Below, in pieces: positions 42,157 to 56,469 of a stretch of 64,000 nt of DNA. The DNA is from Chrysomallon squamiferum (lineage: Eukaryota > Animalia > Mollusca). Positions within the stretch are counted from its first letter, which is position 1, and each line of letters begins with the position of its first letter. The notes under the pieces are model-generated. The model was not told the origin of the DNA, did no database searches, and saw only the letters and a program-made list of their open reading frames with translations. Where the stretch lies: positions 16,926,001 to 16,990,000 of the forward strand of contig CM022677.1 in assembly GCA_012295275.1 (NCBI GenBank), written 5' to 3'. A program made the position numbers and the translations under genes.

Positions 42157-42801
42157 TAGCATATTTTAATGTAATACTTTTTTTTCTATCAATATCTTAT
42201 ATGTTTAGTAAACGATATAAAGGTTTCTGTAGATGACACTTTCAAAATAAGATCTATTTTATTTATACTCTTTTTCATTACATTTTCTTCCTATCTTTTT
42301 ATTTTTTTTTTTTTTATTTATTTATTTGTTTTTTTTTTTCGGTTTATGGGTTTGTTTTCGTTTGAATGTGTTTATGTGAGTGTGTGTCGGGTTGTATAAG
42401 ATTTCTGATACTAAAAGCTATGAATGTAATCGTGGAAATGTTTTTAAACTGCATTCGTACGAACAGGCTGGTCTAACTGAACTGTTGCAGAAGGTTTTAA
42501 AGCAATCAGCAGCTTGGACTGACATTTATGCTTTCTAATTACTTCATAAAATAAATAATGAAAATATTATACACAAATTCACCACGTTGCTCTAATGTGC
42601 GAAATAATATTATTATTTCATGTTTTATTTCACAGAATTAACATGTCATAAATGTCAGTATTCGCTGTGCATTGCATAAATTATTCTGAACTGTTTAGTT
42701 GCCCAGCCTATTTTACGAATATAACAGTTTATTTATTTTAAAACTATCTACGATTACGTGCAAGAATACATTATGTTGTTATTATTATTATTATTATTAT
42801 G

Positions 42802-42837
<36 letters not shown>

Positions 42838-43107
42838 GTATTACTTATTTATTTATTTATTTTATTGTGTTCTACTGTATTATACCTTAGTTTAGTTTGC
42901 ATTTGCTTATTCTATTTCGATCTCTGAGTATGATTTTTTTTTCGGTATATGTGTCTTTTTTATTTATGTATTTATTTATTGATTGATTAGCTGATTTTGT
43001 GGGGTTTTTGTGGGTTCTTTTTGTGGGGTTTTTTTTTGTTTTTTTTTTTTTTTTTCCTATTCTCTTTTTCTGAAAGTTAATTTCCAACAATGTTTCATAA
43101 ATGTCGC

Positions 43108-43292
<185 letters not shown>

Positions 43293-43851
43293 ACAATTCC
43301 ATAAAAGACGTGTAATCAGAACATTTTAAAGGAACTCATATTTGGATACATAAAAATGAAGATTTAACTTCTGAACACATTTTAATTCATATAATATTAA
43401 CTTGAACAAAATATCTTTAAGAAATAAGTTTGAAAGATTTATGTAGTGTATAATCTGAACGTTGATGTCTTATATATTCATATCATTTCTTTTTTTAAAT
43501 AAAAAATGTAAATTAATAATATAAAAACGACATTTATTTGGCAACGGTTCCTATTTTCTGTTTTCTGTTATACTAATTTCAGTGTGAAAGCCTTTCTCTA
43601 AATTTTACATACAAAAGATGAACTTACATATGGGAAACAAAGTATGATGAAAGACTTTTCTTTACATGAATACAGTTTGCAGAAAATAGTGATCATCCAG
43701 CGATCATCAGTAGAATTATGGATCTGAACACATTAATCATAAAAATCATTAAAACTCAATTAACTGTTTTCGTTAAATATGAGTTCATTATCAATTATAT
43801 ACGTAAATAAAGCACCGTCTGTGTGAATAGTTAAAATCATATTGGATTTAC

Positions 43852-45363
43852 TTATTCTTCAGGATTTAGGGAACATGGTCGTCTGAATAGCTGGTCCCTT
43901 TCATGAATCCAGTATGTTGACACCCATTTAGAGCCAACAACAACTGGACACGCTCCATGCAATGTCTTCACATAAGGGTGCCCGTTCCGATATAGATTAA
44001 ACCATAAAACTGCCGCTCCTTTTTCTGGTCGTATTTTAACACCAAGATACGGAAAAACTGTCGCACCTCCTAATTCAACGTCACTCATATAGGTTAACCA
44101 TGTAACGATTCGGTCACCCTCGTCCGAAATAGGATCCACACCAATGTAATCCGAATGAAGACCATAGTACCCACCTATTCCATAGTTTGCCACTTGCAGA
44201 CGTTCGGAGTATTTCATGGACAGACCAGTGATCGCTTTGACTCTCTTCTGGATTTTCAAATCTGCATTTGTCTCATTTGATAATAAAAACGTTTGTTTGC
44301 TAATTCTGTACGTAGAATTGATAACATTACCATCAACAATGATGCGTGATCTTCTTAAACGTAAGTTAGAAACGGATTTAATTTCCTCAATTTCTCTGTC
44401 GCTGACAACATCGTGATAGACGATTATAGTTGGTGAGAGATGAAGAACCTCCTGCTTAGCCGGCTGCAAAACTAGGAACGGATTATTTTTATTACTATAA
44501 TAACGACATTTCAACCTTTGTTTATCAACACTTTTGACTGTTTCTTCACCACGACAGAGAGCATGATAAACAATATCTGCCTTTTTTATTTTTATTTGAT
44601 TTCTACGGCTAAAAAGTTCGGTATAATTTGTCTTTTGGACCGATACTCTTCGAAGATAAGACTCTGAATTTAACTTTTCCTCCATAAGTAAAACGGCCTG
44701 CTCTATGTCTCCATTCATTTCTCTACCATGCATTGCATAATTAAAGTGTTCTAAGAAAGACTCATTTTGACCATTCTCAGTTCTTTCTTTATTAAGAGCT
44801 ATCTCCATCCAGTTATAGAAATAGCGATATTCTGTCATTTTGTAGGCAAGAAGGCCTAGATGATAACAGTCGTCTGCAGACAAAGAATGAACATATCGTT
44901 TATTGATAAAACCCTCTGCCAGTTTCGTCGCGTTTAATTTGTATATATCCTGAACACGAAACAGAGCTACTGCAACTCCTTCCAGATCATCGTAGTTTGG
45001 GAGATTTTTACGTATTTCGTTTATTTTCTGCACTTGTAATTCAGATATGTTTCCTACCAGCAGAGGTGCTACTTCGCGATCCCAGTCCAAAGTAAAACGT
45101 TTAACGAACAGAAAAGCACCGATCGGATTCTCTATATAACGCATCGGATCATTTACCGCATCATGTCTGTGTCTTAACATCCTGTCCGAAATTTCAGTAA
45201 GATTTTTCCGAATATCTCCTTCTTTAATTTCATGTGTTAAGTTTCTTATAGCTTCAGCCATGTCTCCTTCGGCATGTAGAGCAGTAAGCAGATGTGACGT
45301 GGAAAAAATCAGATTTGATTTTGTGACTGATACCAAAAGCAAGAAGAGAAACTTTTTATGCAT
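43852..45363 (-). CDS. P4HA: Prolyl 4-hydroxylase alpha subunit, intronless (copy 7), 503 aa
   Basis: ATG at 45363 begins a signal peptide (MHKKFLFLLLVSVTKS). LQVANYGIGGYYGLHSD, YMSDVELGGATVFP, HGACPVVVGSKW, RRPCSLNPEE*. Confidence 0.96.
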   Translation of the reverse strand: MHKKFLFLLLVSVTKSNLIFSTSHLLTALHAEGDMAEAIRNLTHEIKEGDIRKNLTEISDRMLRHRHDAVNDPMRYIENPIGAFLFVKRFTLDWDREVAPLLVGNISELQVQKINEIRKNLPNYDDLEGVAVALFRVQDIYKLNATKLAEGFINKRYVHSLSADDCYHLGLLAYKMTEYRYFYNWMEIALNKERTENGQNESFLEHFNYAMHGREMNGDIEQAVLLMEEKLNSESYLRRVSVQKTNYTELFSRRNQIKIKKADIVYHALCRGEETVKSVDKQRLKCRYYSNKNNPFLVLQPAKQEVLHLSPTIIVYHDVVSDREIEEIKSVSNLRLRRSRIIVDGNVINSTYRISKQTFLLSNETNADLKIQKRVKAITGLSMKYSERLQVANYGIGGYYGLHSDYIGVDPISDEGDRIVTWLTYMSDVELGGATVFPYLGVKIRPEKGAAVLWFNLYRNGHPYVKTLHGACPVVVGSKWVSTYWIHERDQLFRRPCSLNPEE

Positions 45364-45705
45364 CTTTTTTTTTCGTCGCGTAATATATTGTTTCGAAGGA
45401 ATTTTCACAGGATATCGCTTTAAGATAAAGTAACATAAAGAAACAATTTTAATTTCCAAATATAAATTTATCTTATTATTTTTGTCTTACTAAAATAATT
45501 TAAGACATTGTTTCAGTAAAAAGCTGTTTTATGGAGAGAAGCCTACAAAACAATAATTCTGTGCGATATATTAACTGAGAAACAAACGGATCACTAAGAC
45601 ATATTTATCTATTACTAAGACAAGCTAATCGAGTCAGCTATTCTTTAGATAAAGTTTAATTAAACTTTTCACACTTCTGTAGTATTATGTTATTTATTTA
45701 TTTAC

Positions 45706-45763
<58 letters not shown>

Positions 45764-46844
45764 TTAATTTAATTTTATTTGGTTTAGCTGAGAAATATTA
45801 AAATTAAAACTGAAATATATTGAACCTGTCATTTTACTGTCGTCACGTCATCGGTTCCTACAATTACTATAGGTTATTTTTTGGACTTAGCAAATAAATA
45901 AATAATAAATGAATAAAAACAAAAAATAAGAAAATAAACATTCTTAAAAAGTGCTGAGCTATCAGTATAGATCACAATTAACCGAATTTTTTGCTAAAAT
46001 GAAGTTAATACTAAATAAGGAATTGTATATTACGAAAATCTGTTTTTTTTATTTGTGTGTGTGTCTTTGTACGCGGGTTTGTCTGTGTATCGCTGCGTGT
46101 ATGCGTGTGCGAATGCTCAACAACGAAATTAGGCACTTTCAAAATACAATACCTATTGCTTTTCCTCCGATATAGTTATATATGGTACATTAAGACTTCA
46201 AGTACAAGCGATACTTTTTACTAGCAATACTCGTCTGCTTACACACTTGTAGTCAAGTCCATTTGTCATTCAGAAAGTTGAAATACGTAACTTATGTAGT
46301 GTAACAGTATCAGCTGTCAATACCTTAAGGATTAAATACGCTCCTCGCAAATTGATGTAACATGTCTGTCAAATGTTATACCTAAAATAAAATTGATATA
46401 AGAATTATTTATATAATAATGTTTGTTTTTCTTTGCTTTCTCTCAGGAAGCCTCAACTTTATTATATATTAACTGCTTATAGATGTTTGTTTTGGTGGGG
46501 TTTCTTTCTTTTATTTTTTTTTTTTTTTTTTTTTTTTTTTTATTTTTTTCTTGTTATTATTTTCTAATTATCTAAAAATATAAAATGAATAAACATATAT
46601 CATATCATTGTTATTTATTTATAAATAGATCTGTATTTTTATAAATGGATTTTCAAGCAAACCTGGCATTATTCATTTATGATTCATTTGTGTTCGTTTA
46701 TTTGTTTCTTATTCTTTACCTGTCTATTAGCAATTTATAGTTAAGAATGTACCATCTACTGATTAACTAAAAATACATATACACATTAGTGATGACAGTT
46801 TCCGAAAGCAAATAAAATAATAACTTGGAAATATAACAGATTAC

Positions 46845-47370
46845 CACCTCAGTATAGCCATTGAATTCATTTCTTCTATTTCACTGTCATTAATAACATC
46901 GTGACAGTGGTGAAGGGTTCGCTAGGAATGAAGAATTTTCTCTTTAATTTTTCTTTTTTGCAGTCTTGTTTTAATTACTTTCTATAATTTTTATCCAGGA
47001 ACCGAAACAGATCTTGAGTTGTTCCCACAAAATAATCTTTAATACAAAGATTTCATCTAATTCCTCCATCTTGAGCCACTTTGTTAGCAGCTGTAATTGC
47101 GAAATGTTTTTCAGTAGGTAATCTTTATGTACATCAGTTTTGGGTGGAATTTTTACGCCAGTATTTTCAGAATATTGGTACCAGACCAAGGTAATAAGAC
47201 AAATAATTAAAAAAGCACCAGTTGTATTCACTAAATATATGAAAACGTTTGATATCACTAAATCAAGTATGGTCTAAAATGTTTTGTGTGTGAGATGCCA
47301 TTACGTTATCACAGATATCTGATGTGCTGAAAATGTTTAAGACTAATTATAGTAAAGTCATTCTTCTTTA
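46845..47370 (-). pseudogene. Highly decayed P4HA pseudogene (copy 8)
   Basis: IFSTSDI (cf. IFSTSHL), YLVNTTGAFLIICLITLVW (cf. YIENPIGAFLFVKRFTLDW), LLKNISQLQ (cf. LVGNISELQ), KEKILHS*...HDVINDSEIEEM (cf. HDVVSDREIEEI). Confidence 0.75.
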
Positions 47371-48122
47371 TAAATTCATCGAAATGCCCGAATGATTACT
47401 AAGTGTGACAGTGCCTGCACTTCCTTATATGTCAAAAGTTTTAACCTCGCCTGTGGACACGAACACAGATACGAACGCTAAACGTGATCTATGAAATACC
47501 GTGAGAAAACTGAAAAGCTAAATGTTCTTCACCGTTGATGATAACCAATATGCTTATTCATTAATCTTATATGACTCGTATTTTATTTCTATAGGAAAAG
47601 GTGGGACAGGTACTCCTCTATTCTACAGGTAAAAACACTGAATCTTACAATTAGTAGTTCACAAACTGAGTCTTCGGGTATTTAAACAAATCGATAGTTA
47701 ATTACAAAGATATTCTTACAGTCGTCTTTGAACGCTAAAGTTTTCGATCTATTTCTTTTCATTCGGGATATTTTGTTAGTTATGTAATGTATATATGATT
47801 CTCTCTTCCATTGCTAAAAAGTTGGGAAGGTAGTAATTATGTTCAATCAGCCCAATGACAACAAAAGTTAATGAATCTGTCAAAATTAAAAAATACATTT
47901 AAAACGTCACACATTTTGAAGCAAACTATTTAATATAAAAAATGTGACAAATACAAAGAAGAAGAAGAAGAAGAAGAAGAAGGAGAAGAAGAAGAAGAAA
48001 AATCTGATGAAATTCCATGATATGATTGGACTTTTACTTGAAGACATCAACACTGAAGTAGCTGAAAATATGACTTTCATATTCCATCATTTTCTGATAC
48101 CTATTTGATTGTCATATTTTGG

Positions 48123-48169
<47 letters not shown>

Positions 48170-48908
48170 ATTTATTTATTATTTATTATTTCTTTTTCAT
48201 TGTTTTCTCTATTTTTTATTTCTACTTTGTGTGTGTGTGTGTATGTCTAACACAAACTTTAATAATTATTATGATGCTTATATGACATATGAAGGTATTT
48301 TTCTTAGTGCTTATGAAATCCAGATTGATTAATTTTTGATATTTCTGTCAGAAAAGTTAGAAAAATCTGTTTTGCTTCTTCTTTATATATATATATATAT
48401 ATATACACACACAGACGTACACATATATATTCGAAATATACTTTCACTGAATTAGTAATAATCCATACAATAAAGAATAGCCTTTATGTTAATAATATTG
48501 CAAAGTGAAATACAAGCAAAACTAAAACAAAAAGTATTTACACAAATGTATATATCAACAATATTCTTCAGGGAATTTTTTCAACTTCATCTGCATAATT
48601 TATTTTAAAAAACCTTTTAAAAAATAAAACGTTACAAGAAATATATCTAAATTCAGCGAAGATAGTTTTAAAATAAATTATTTTTTTTATATGAAAGTAA
48701 CAAAAAAACACAAATAAAATTGTCTAATATTACTTACCAGAGATGGGTGAAATAGTCATGCAAATTATCGTCTGCTCTGTAGTTTATTTTAAAACAGGAA
48801 GTTATAGCGTAAAATATGGTTTAAAATGTCGTCTAAAATACGGACGTATATATGGCTAAATAAAAGAACAGTTGAATTAGAGTACATCAAATGGCTAACA
48901 GCATACGC

Positions 48909-48955
<47 letters not shown>

Positions 48956-49667
48956 TCATTAATTCATTCATTCATTCATTTATATATTTATTTATTCATT
49001 CTTTCATTCATTTATGTAATTTTATTTATTTTGTTTGGTTAATTTAATTAATTTAATAATTTGTAATTATGTACTTTTTGTAATTGTTTTTGTTTGAATA
49101 AATGATAATACGTGTCTGCGTATATGCCATAATTACAATTAATTACAAACATTGTAAGACAAAATGGATTTTGGAACATCCCGGTTTTTGAATCAGCAGT
49201 TTATTTATTTATTTATTTATTTATTTTCCCAGCTTTTCAGCAAAATTACATGACATCTCAAAAATAAATCCCAGTAGTTGTCATATATTATTTCACTAAT
49301 CATAGGACACAGAAGAAAAATATATTCCTAATACGCATTAGAGTTTCAAAAATGTCATCGGCAGAATATAAAATATGAAGAAGATCTATTTATAGGCTGC
49401 CATGATCAAACAACTCTGACTTCCGGAAGTGGTAATAAAATCAAAAAGTGAGTGCTGACACACGTAAATAATCAAACTTGTCATTTTTGTTACAATCTGA
49501 AAGAAATTATCTAGGCCTATCGTGAAGAAATATAATAAATAATTTCCATTCGTGCCTGCTATGGTAACAATATTAAACAGTATGTCCTCTTGTTTACACT
49601 TCATTATTACCGATAATATACAAATGTTTTTTTTTTTTTTTTTTTTTTTTTAATTAATTTATGTATT

Positions 49668-49744
<77 letters not shown>

Positions 49745-52700
49745 TTTAAATTTTAGGCAAAATAAAATAAACTGGTCGATTTACATCAGTCGATCAGATG
49801 AAAAATATAGTCCAGAGCATTCATATAATTTATATTTGAAAATAATCTGCAAATTTGAAAATACAATTTTACTATATATGAGATACCATGACCATATATT
49901 TATTAATGAAAAAGAAAAATCCTCAGTAGGATGCAAAACAAATATTCATGTTGGATTACACACACATAACACATACACACATTGTAGAATGTTAAAGATC
50001 TCACAATTGTTTCTTAGAGATGGCTGTTTTTATTGCTTATTATAGCTATAACAAAAAATATGTTAAAATAGGTTGAACCAACAACTAAACCCACATCTTC
50101 CTCCCCAAAAATACCATAAACACAATAAAATAAAAATGAGTTACAACTGTAGTTTCAAATTATAAAAAGTCTATACTATAAACTGTCTCTATTTTCATTG
50201 ATTAAGACTCATAGTTATATTTATTTAACAATATATTTTCTTTTGTTAAATCTGAAATATAAATTGATTCAAGTTTCATTGATAATACAAGAACTAACAT
50301 GATATTTACAAATAAATAAATTAATTAATTAAGAAAAGATAGAACCATCAGACTGAAATTTTAATCATTATATATTTATGTCAGTTATTAAAGTCATGCC
50401 AGAAATTAAAACACAACAGACTGGTATTTGAATAAAAATTTTAGTAGAGGCTGATAATTTTGAAATCTGAAAAATCTTACAAACTGGACATTTTTAACAA
50501 GCAACTGCTTTTGTAACAGTTGATACATTTCAGATGGTTTAGTTTACAGCAAATTTTTACCAAGCACAAATTGTATTTAAATATTATATAAAGCTATCTG
50601 ATTGTAAGATGTATAGGAAATATAAATGTATTTCATTCATATACTTGGATACACATGTCTGAGTATCATAACTGTATACCTACTTTTGCATCCCCCTGTA
50701 TATATATATATATATGAAAATCACAATTACAGAGGATTAACTGAAGAAGATCCAGTTTTTCTAATGACAAAAATGGCTTCATCACTTTTGAAAAATGACA
50801 CATGGTTTACATGGACCAAAATACAACAGGGGGACACTGGCAGACATATTCTACAGTGTTCTATACACTGGAAGAAATTTAAAAAAAAATAAAAAAAAAT
50901 TGTAAAAAAAAATAAAAATCATAAATAAAAGGGAAAGCTGTCAAATTTGAGGGATGATCCACCCCTCTAGATCTGTCACAGTTTTACAAAAATTGATTGA
51001 TGCACTGACTGATAGGTTATCAACAGTAGCTTCATCGTGACAAACCTAATTAGTTGTAAAATCACTGACAAGCAACAGCAAAGTAATTCTGAACTTCATT
51101 GATAGTGAAAAAAAGATTTGTATCCTTTTTTCTTCTTTTTTTTCGACATTTTTCTTTAAAAAGTGATAAGTGGGCTGTAAGATTTTTTTCAAATAATTTC
51201 TTCATGTGTTCATTGAATTTTTGTGTGTGTGTGTGTGTGTGTGTTCATGCTTAATAATGTTTAAGATGTTTGTATCTGGAACATACAAATTAGTTATTTA
51301 TAGAGTATTGTTGCTGATTCTTTTTTTTAATAAACTACAAATATTTTCAAACAATGCCTTCATGTGTTCATTGAAATTTTGTGTATGTGTTTGTTCTTGC
51401 TTCACTGCTTAATACTGTGTTATATTTTATATTTAGAACATACAAATTAGTCATGTATACTGTTTTGTTACTGATTGATTTTATAAATTATAAATAGTCT
51501 TAATTAACATAAAATGTGTGTTTCTTATTTATAAAGGTGGTTACAAAATTATTATTCAGATTTAAAAACTATTTACCTGTTTTATTCATATAAATGTCTG
51601 TCATCACCTTTCTAATCTTCCACAAGTAAGCTGGAAGATATTCAATTATTCCAAGTACCACAAATGTATAACTAATTTTTAATAACATGAAACAGTGTTT
51701 GTCAAAACATTTCAAGGTTTTGACCAAGTAAGCAGGGAAACTGGAACAAATTTCAGTCCTTTTTGTGTCTCAAGAATATAAAAATAATATTTTGTTCAGT
51801 GATTATTTTAGTGTCTTATTCACCTTTCACAGTTTTTATGAAATGGTCATAGAGATCTAGGAACGGGTAAATTGAAAATTTTTAATGAATTCTATACCGA
51901 CAGGATTTCTACTACTTATAATACTTTTCTTAAAGTTTCTACAAGGTGAGGTTCATTTATCCAGAATGTTTAGGACATGAAGTATTTTGGATTTCATCTC
52001 TTTTTTGAAATTTGAGATGTGTTTCGTATGTATATACAGACTTCACAGAAATTAGCACGTTTTGTTTATATAATACTTTTAATAATTTTAAACATGTTCG
52101 TTTACATTAAACTACTGGAAAATAATAAGATAATCACTATTTCAATTTTTCCTGAAGTTACAGAATTTGAAATTTCTCATAATGGAAGCTCAACCTTTAA
52201 AAGATTATATAAAAATTCAAACCTTGTTGATATTCTTTATTAAATTTGAAGTAATGATACGTTATGTTTAAAGTGCAACAAATACTTATATTTTAATTAA
52301 ATTGAGTTCAATGAACACTTTTTTTAATAATCATATTACTTTCATATATTTATTTAATTAATATATTTAACAAAGAAAGTAACTGTAGAAATTTATGCAG
52401 GTTCTGAAGTCTAAAATTTAAGATTTCTTGTTTGAATGTCTTTTTTTTAAATTATTAGTTCCCTGAATTTAAACTTGTATTATATGAAGATCTATAAATG
52501 GACAAAGTAATTCCTTTTACATTATTATTTCTTGCAAAGCAGTATTGATTAAAAACAATTAAGAATATGGAAAATGGTATAAATAGTATTTGATATTATT
52601 TCAAAACCAAGTAAATGTCTTTCTTTGAATTGCAATACAGGCTGAAGATCTGTAATCTGAACTGTTTCCATTTTGGAATCTAAAGAGACAGACTTAGAAA

Positions 52701-52946
52701 AGGATTTTAATTTAAATCAGAAATCTGCTTTTATTTCATATGTATACAGAATTTCTGTTATAGATTTATATTTTAGTTTTAATAACTAGGCCTGAAATAT
52801 ATGTAGGACTATATGTATCATCTGAAAAAAAAAAAAACCATAATAAAGATATTAATAGGTTGGCTACTTGAAATAAATCTGTTTTCCTAATTTCAGTTAA
52901 GTGACTTTCAAGCTCTAAAACATTTCAGTTAATCTAAAACATTCAA

Positions 52947-52982
<36 letters not shown>

Positions 52983-54378
52983 ATAAGACATTGCACTCAA
53001 GTTTGGATTGATAGTGGCAAAAATATTTAATTCATTAAGTTTATGAAACTGGTTTGTCGAAAATGAATAGAAGGCAGTTATTTATTTATTTATTTTAATT
53101 TATTATTATTATTATTTTTATTTATTTATTTTTTTAATTATTTTTGTATTGTTTTCTATTTTTTTATTTTATTATTTTATTTTATATACATATTTTTTTT
53201 TTTTTTTTTTTTTTTTTTGTGTATGTGTTGCAGATTTGTGTTTTTAGCTGGCAGTCAGGATATAGCTATAACTATCTAAGCCAAGTCATTTCCGTCAGCA
53301 GCAGGTTAGGGTATCTTCTACAAGCATTGATAGTTATCTCCCTTTGCAGTTATAACAATGACTACATACAACCAACTGTGACATCCACAGAACCAAGCAT
53401 TTCTTAAAACTGAGTTTCTTGGTCAACATGTTTTCTGACAGAACTTGTCCCTCACAATAATGTTTCTTTTTTTAAAATATGCATGTCAGTGGCCGATTCC
53501 TTTTCCATAAAATTTAATCCATAATTGGAAAAGCCTGTGTTAGTTATTATTCTATTTAATACCAGTTAAGATAAAAACGTAATTAAATTTAAATATTACT
53601 AGCTCCACTAAAGATTAAGTACACTAAATACAATTATTTTCATTGTACAGTGGCTTATACCTCTTCCAGAAAAGTTTATAATTGACTAGAAAAAAAAATT
53701 CTACTCTAGCTATCATCTTATTTCATACCAGTTAAGGTAAAAATATAATTTAATGTAGATATTGCTGTTTACACAAAACATTAGAATTGAGGTCACTATT
53801 TGAAATTTCAGTATTTCCATTATTTGTTGTGAAAGTTCATACAATCATGCATGGATGGATGGATGCTGGGATAGACATTTATGGAGAGATTTATTTATGT
53901 ATGTGTTTCAGTGGATTATTGTATGTCTATATGTATGCATATGTACGTATGTACATGAATGTATATCCGTATATATATATATATATAGATATGAAAATAT
54001 TATTTAAGTATGCCCCCAGTTGCTATGTCAAAAGTGAATAACAAAATACAAGTGATGTAAACAGTTTAACAATTAGCTGTATTAGTAATTTTTTCTTTTT
54101 TATTATTATCTTTATTTTTTTCTTAAATTTGTTTATTAATACTTACCAGACAATTAAACATTCAAAACAAAGGGAATACTAATGCAGCACATTTTCAATT
54201 TTTTTTTTAATCTCTATGACACCTGGATAAACTTGGTAATTTTAGTAACTGTAATGATTTTTGGTACAAGTGATGATTCATAATCATAAAAAACTCAGTT
54301 TAGCAGAGTTTATTTTTTTTTTGTACCTTCCAGGTGTATGTTTTGTGTCAATACAGATTCACCAGTGTAATTGTTCCA

Positions 54379-54452
<74 letters not shown>

Positions 54453-54615
54453 TACATTTCTATGTATATTTTAGTGTGTGTGTGTGTGTGTATTTTGTGT
54501 TTCTTCAAGTATTTTTGTATGTATGTATGGGTGTATTTTATATGTGCATATTTTTGTAAATTTGTTATTTATGAAATTAAGTGTGTTCATATATGTGTGA
54601 AAATATGTTTGTATG

Positions 54616-54672
<57 letters not shown>

Positions 54673-55290
54673 TATACACAAAAAGACAACACCCAGATAT
54701 CTCAGATATAACTGATTATTATTTTTTATTTATTAATTATTTGTTAAATTATTTTGGTCATTAAATTTGATTAGTAACTGATTCTTTAATTACATTGCAA
54801 TCAATTATTTTCTAACTGAAACAAGCATAATAACAAGTAATAATAACATCACAGTTGTATAAAATAAAATAATTAAATAATCATGTTCATTTTCTTGGCA
54901 TCAAATATTAATTTTGCTTCCAAATCATGGCTCATAATTCAATGTAAATTTTTGTGATTTGTGAAAAATAAAAATTCAATTTATGGATAGTAATCAGGTT
55001 TTGGATATTAGAATTTGAGAAATAATTACAGTGTTGGACTTAATTTGAGGACCTAGTTCATTATCTGTCTACGTAAATTATAAGTATATGTATTTTTTTT
55101 TTTTTTTTTCTTTTTTTTTACTCTCTATTTATTTATTTTTTTTTTTTTTTTTTTTTCAATGTAAACCAGTTCTTAGGTTAAGAAAAATATCAATAACTTT
55201 TTTTATTTATTTATTTTAACACAAAAACCTGTTATTATTTTTAATTAAAATAATTTTTCTTAAATTTAGAAAACTTGTTTTTATTTCCTT

Positions 55291-55328
<38 letters not shown>

Positions 55329-55469
55329 CTTTTATTTCATTTATATACATTTTAATAAACACTAATAATGTTTATTTTTTTCTTTTCTCAATTTTTTTTT
55401 TTTTTTTTTAAATTTTTACTGTTTTTCTGTTTAAGCTGATTTCTCCAGCTTAGGTTATATGTGTTTTAA

Positions 55470-56422
55470 CAACACCACTTTTTAAATGCTGGTACCTATG
55501 AACATTATATATGTGTTAACAACTATATTTTTAAATGCTAGTACTATGAAAATTATATATGTATTCACAATTATTTTTTTAATGGTAGTATAAAAAGTTT
55601 TTCATTTGTTAACAACTCTTTTTTTAAATGTAAGTACTACAAAAATGATATATGTGTTAACAACTATTTTTTTAAATGCTAGTACTACAAAAATTATATA
55701 TGTTTCTGAATTATACATGTGTTAACAACTATTTTTTTAAATGGTAGTACTATGAAAATTATATATGTATTCACAATAATTTTTTTATTTGCTAGTACTA
55801 CAAAATTTATATATGTGTTAACAAATATTTTTAAATGCTAGTACTACAAAATTTATATGTGTTAACAACTATTTTTTTAAATGCTAGTATGACAAAAATT
55901 ATACATGTGTTAACAACTCTTTTTTTAAATGGTAGTACTATGAAAATTATATATGTATTCACAATAATTTTTTTATTTGCTAGTACTACAAAAATTATAC
56001 ATGTGTTAACAACTCTTTTTATTAAATGCTAGTACTACAAAAATTATATATGTGTTAACAAATATTTTTAAATGCTAGTACTACAAAATTTATATGTGTT
56101 AACAACTATTTTTTTAAATGCTAGTATGACAAAAATTATACATGTGTTAACAACTCTTTTTTTAAATGCTACAAAAGTTACACATGTATTCACAATTGTT
56201 TTTTCAAATGCTAGTACTACAAAAATTATACATGTGTTAACAAATATATTTTTAAATGCTAGTACTACAAAAATTATATATTTGTTAACAAATATATTTT
56301 TAAATGCTAGTACTACAAAACTTCTATATGTGTTAACAACTGTTTTTTTCAAATGGTAAGTACTAACAAACATTTTACACATGTATTCACAATTATTTTT
56401 TCAAATGGTAGTACTAACAAAA
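55470..56422. repeat. Minisatellite, ~43-44-bp unit, about 20 copies
   Basis: Consensus tttttaaatgctagtactacaaaaattatatatgtgttaacaacta, with variant units (tattcacaat) recurring. Confidence 0.92.
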
Positions 56423-56469
56423 TTTCTCAACTCCAGACATCAAATAAAAAAAACAAAATGTCCACCAAG

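Noticed and set aside
45364-45459. 32-aa N-terminal extension of P4HA copy 7
   Set aside because: Starts at a non-ATG codon; the ATG at 45363 aligns with paralogue starts and precedes the signal peptide.
46971-47258. Apparent type II membrane protein ORF
   Set aside because: The hydrophobic stretch is a decayed P4HA NPIGAFLFVKRFTLDW segment; called as a pseudogene instead.
53234-53407. Possible plus-strand terminal exon after a pyrimidine tract and CAG
   Set aside because: No recognisable protein and no partner exon found.
55835-56382. Repetitive ORFs (…NASTTKIIHVLT…)
   Set aside because: Produced by the minisatellite; the frame is not maintained across units.
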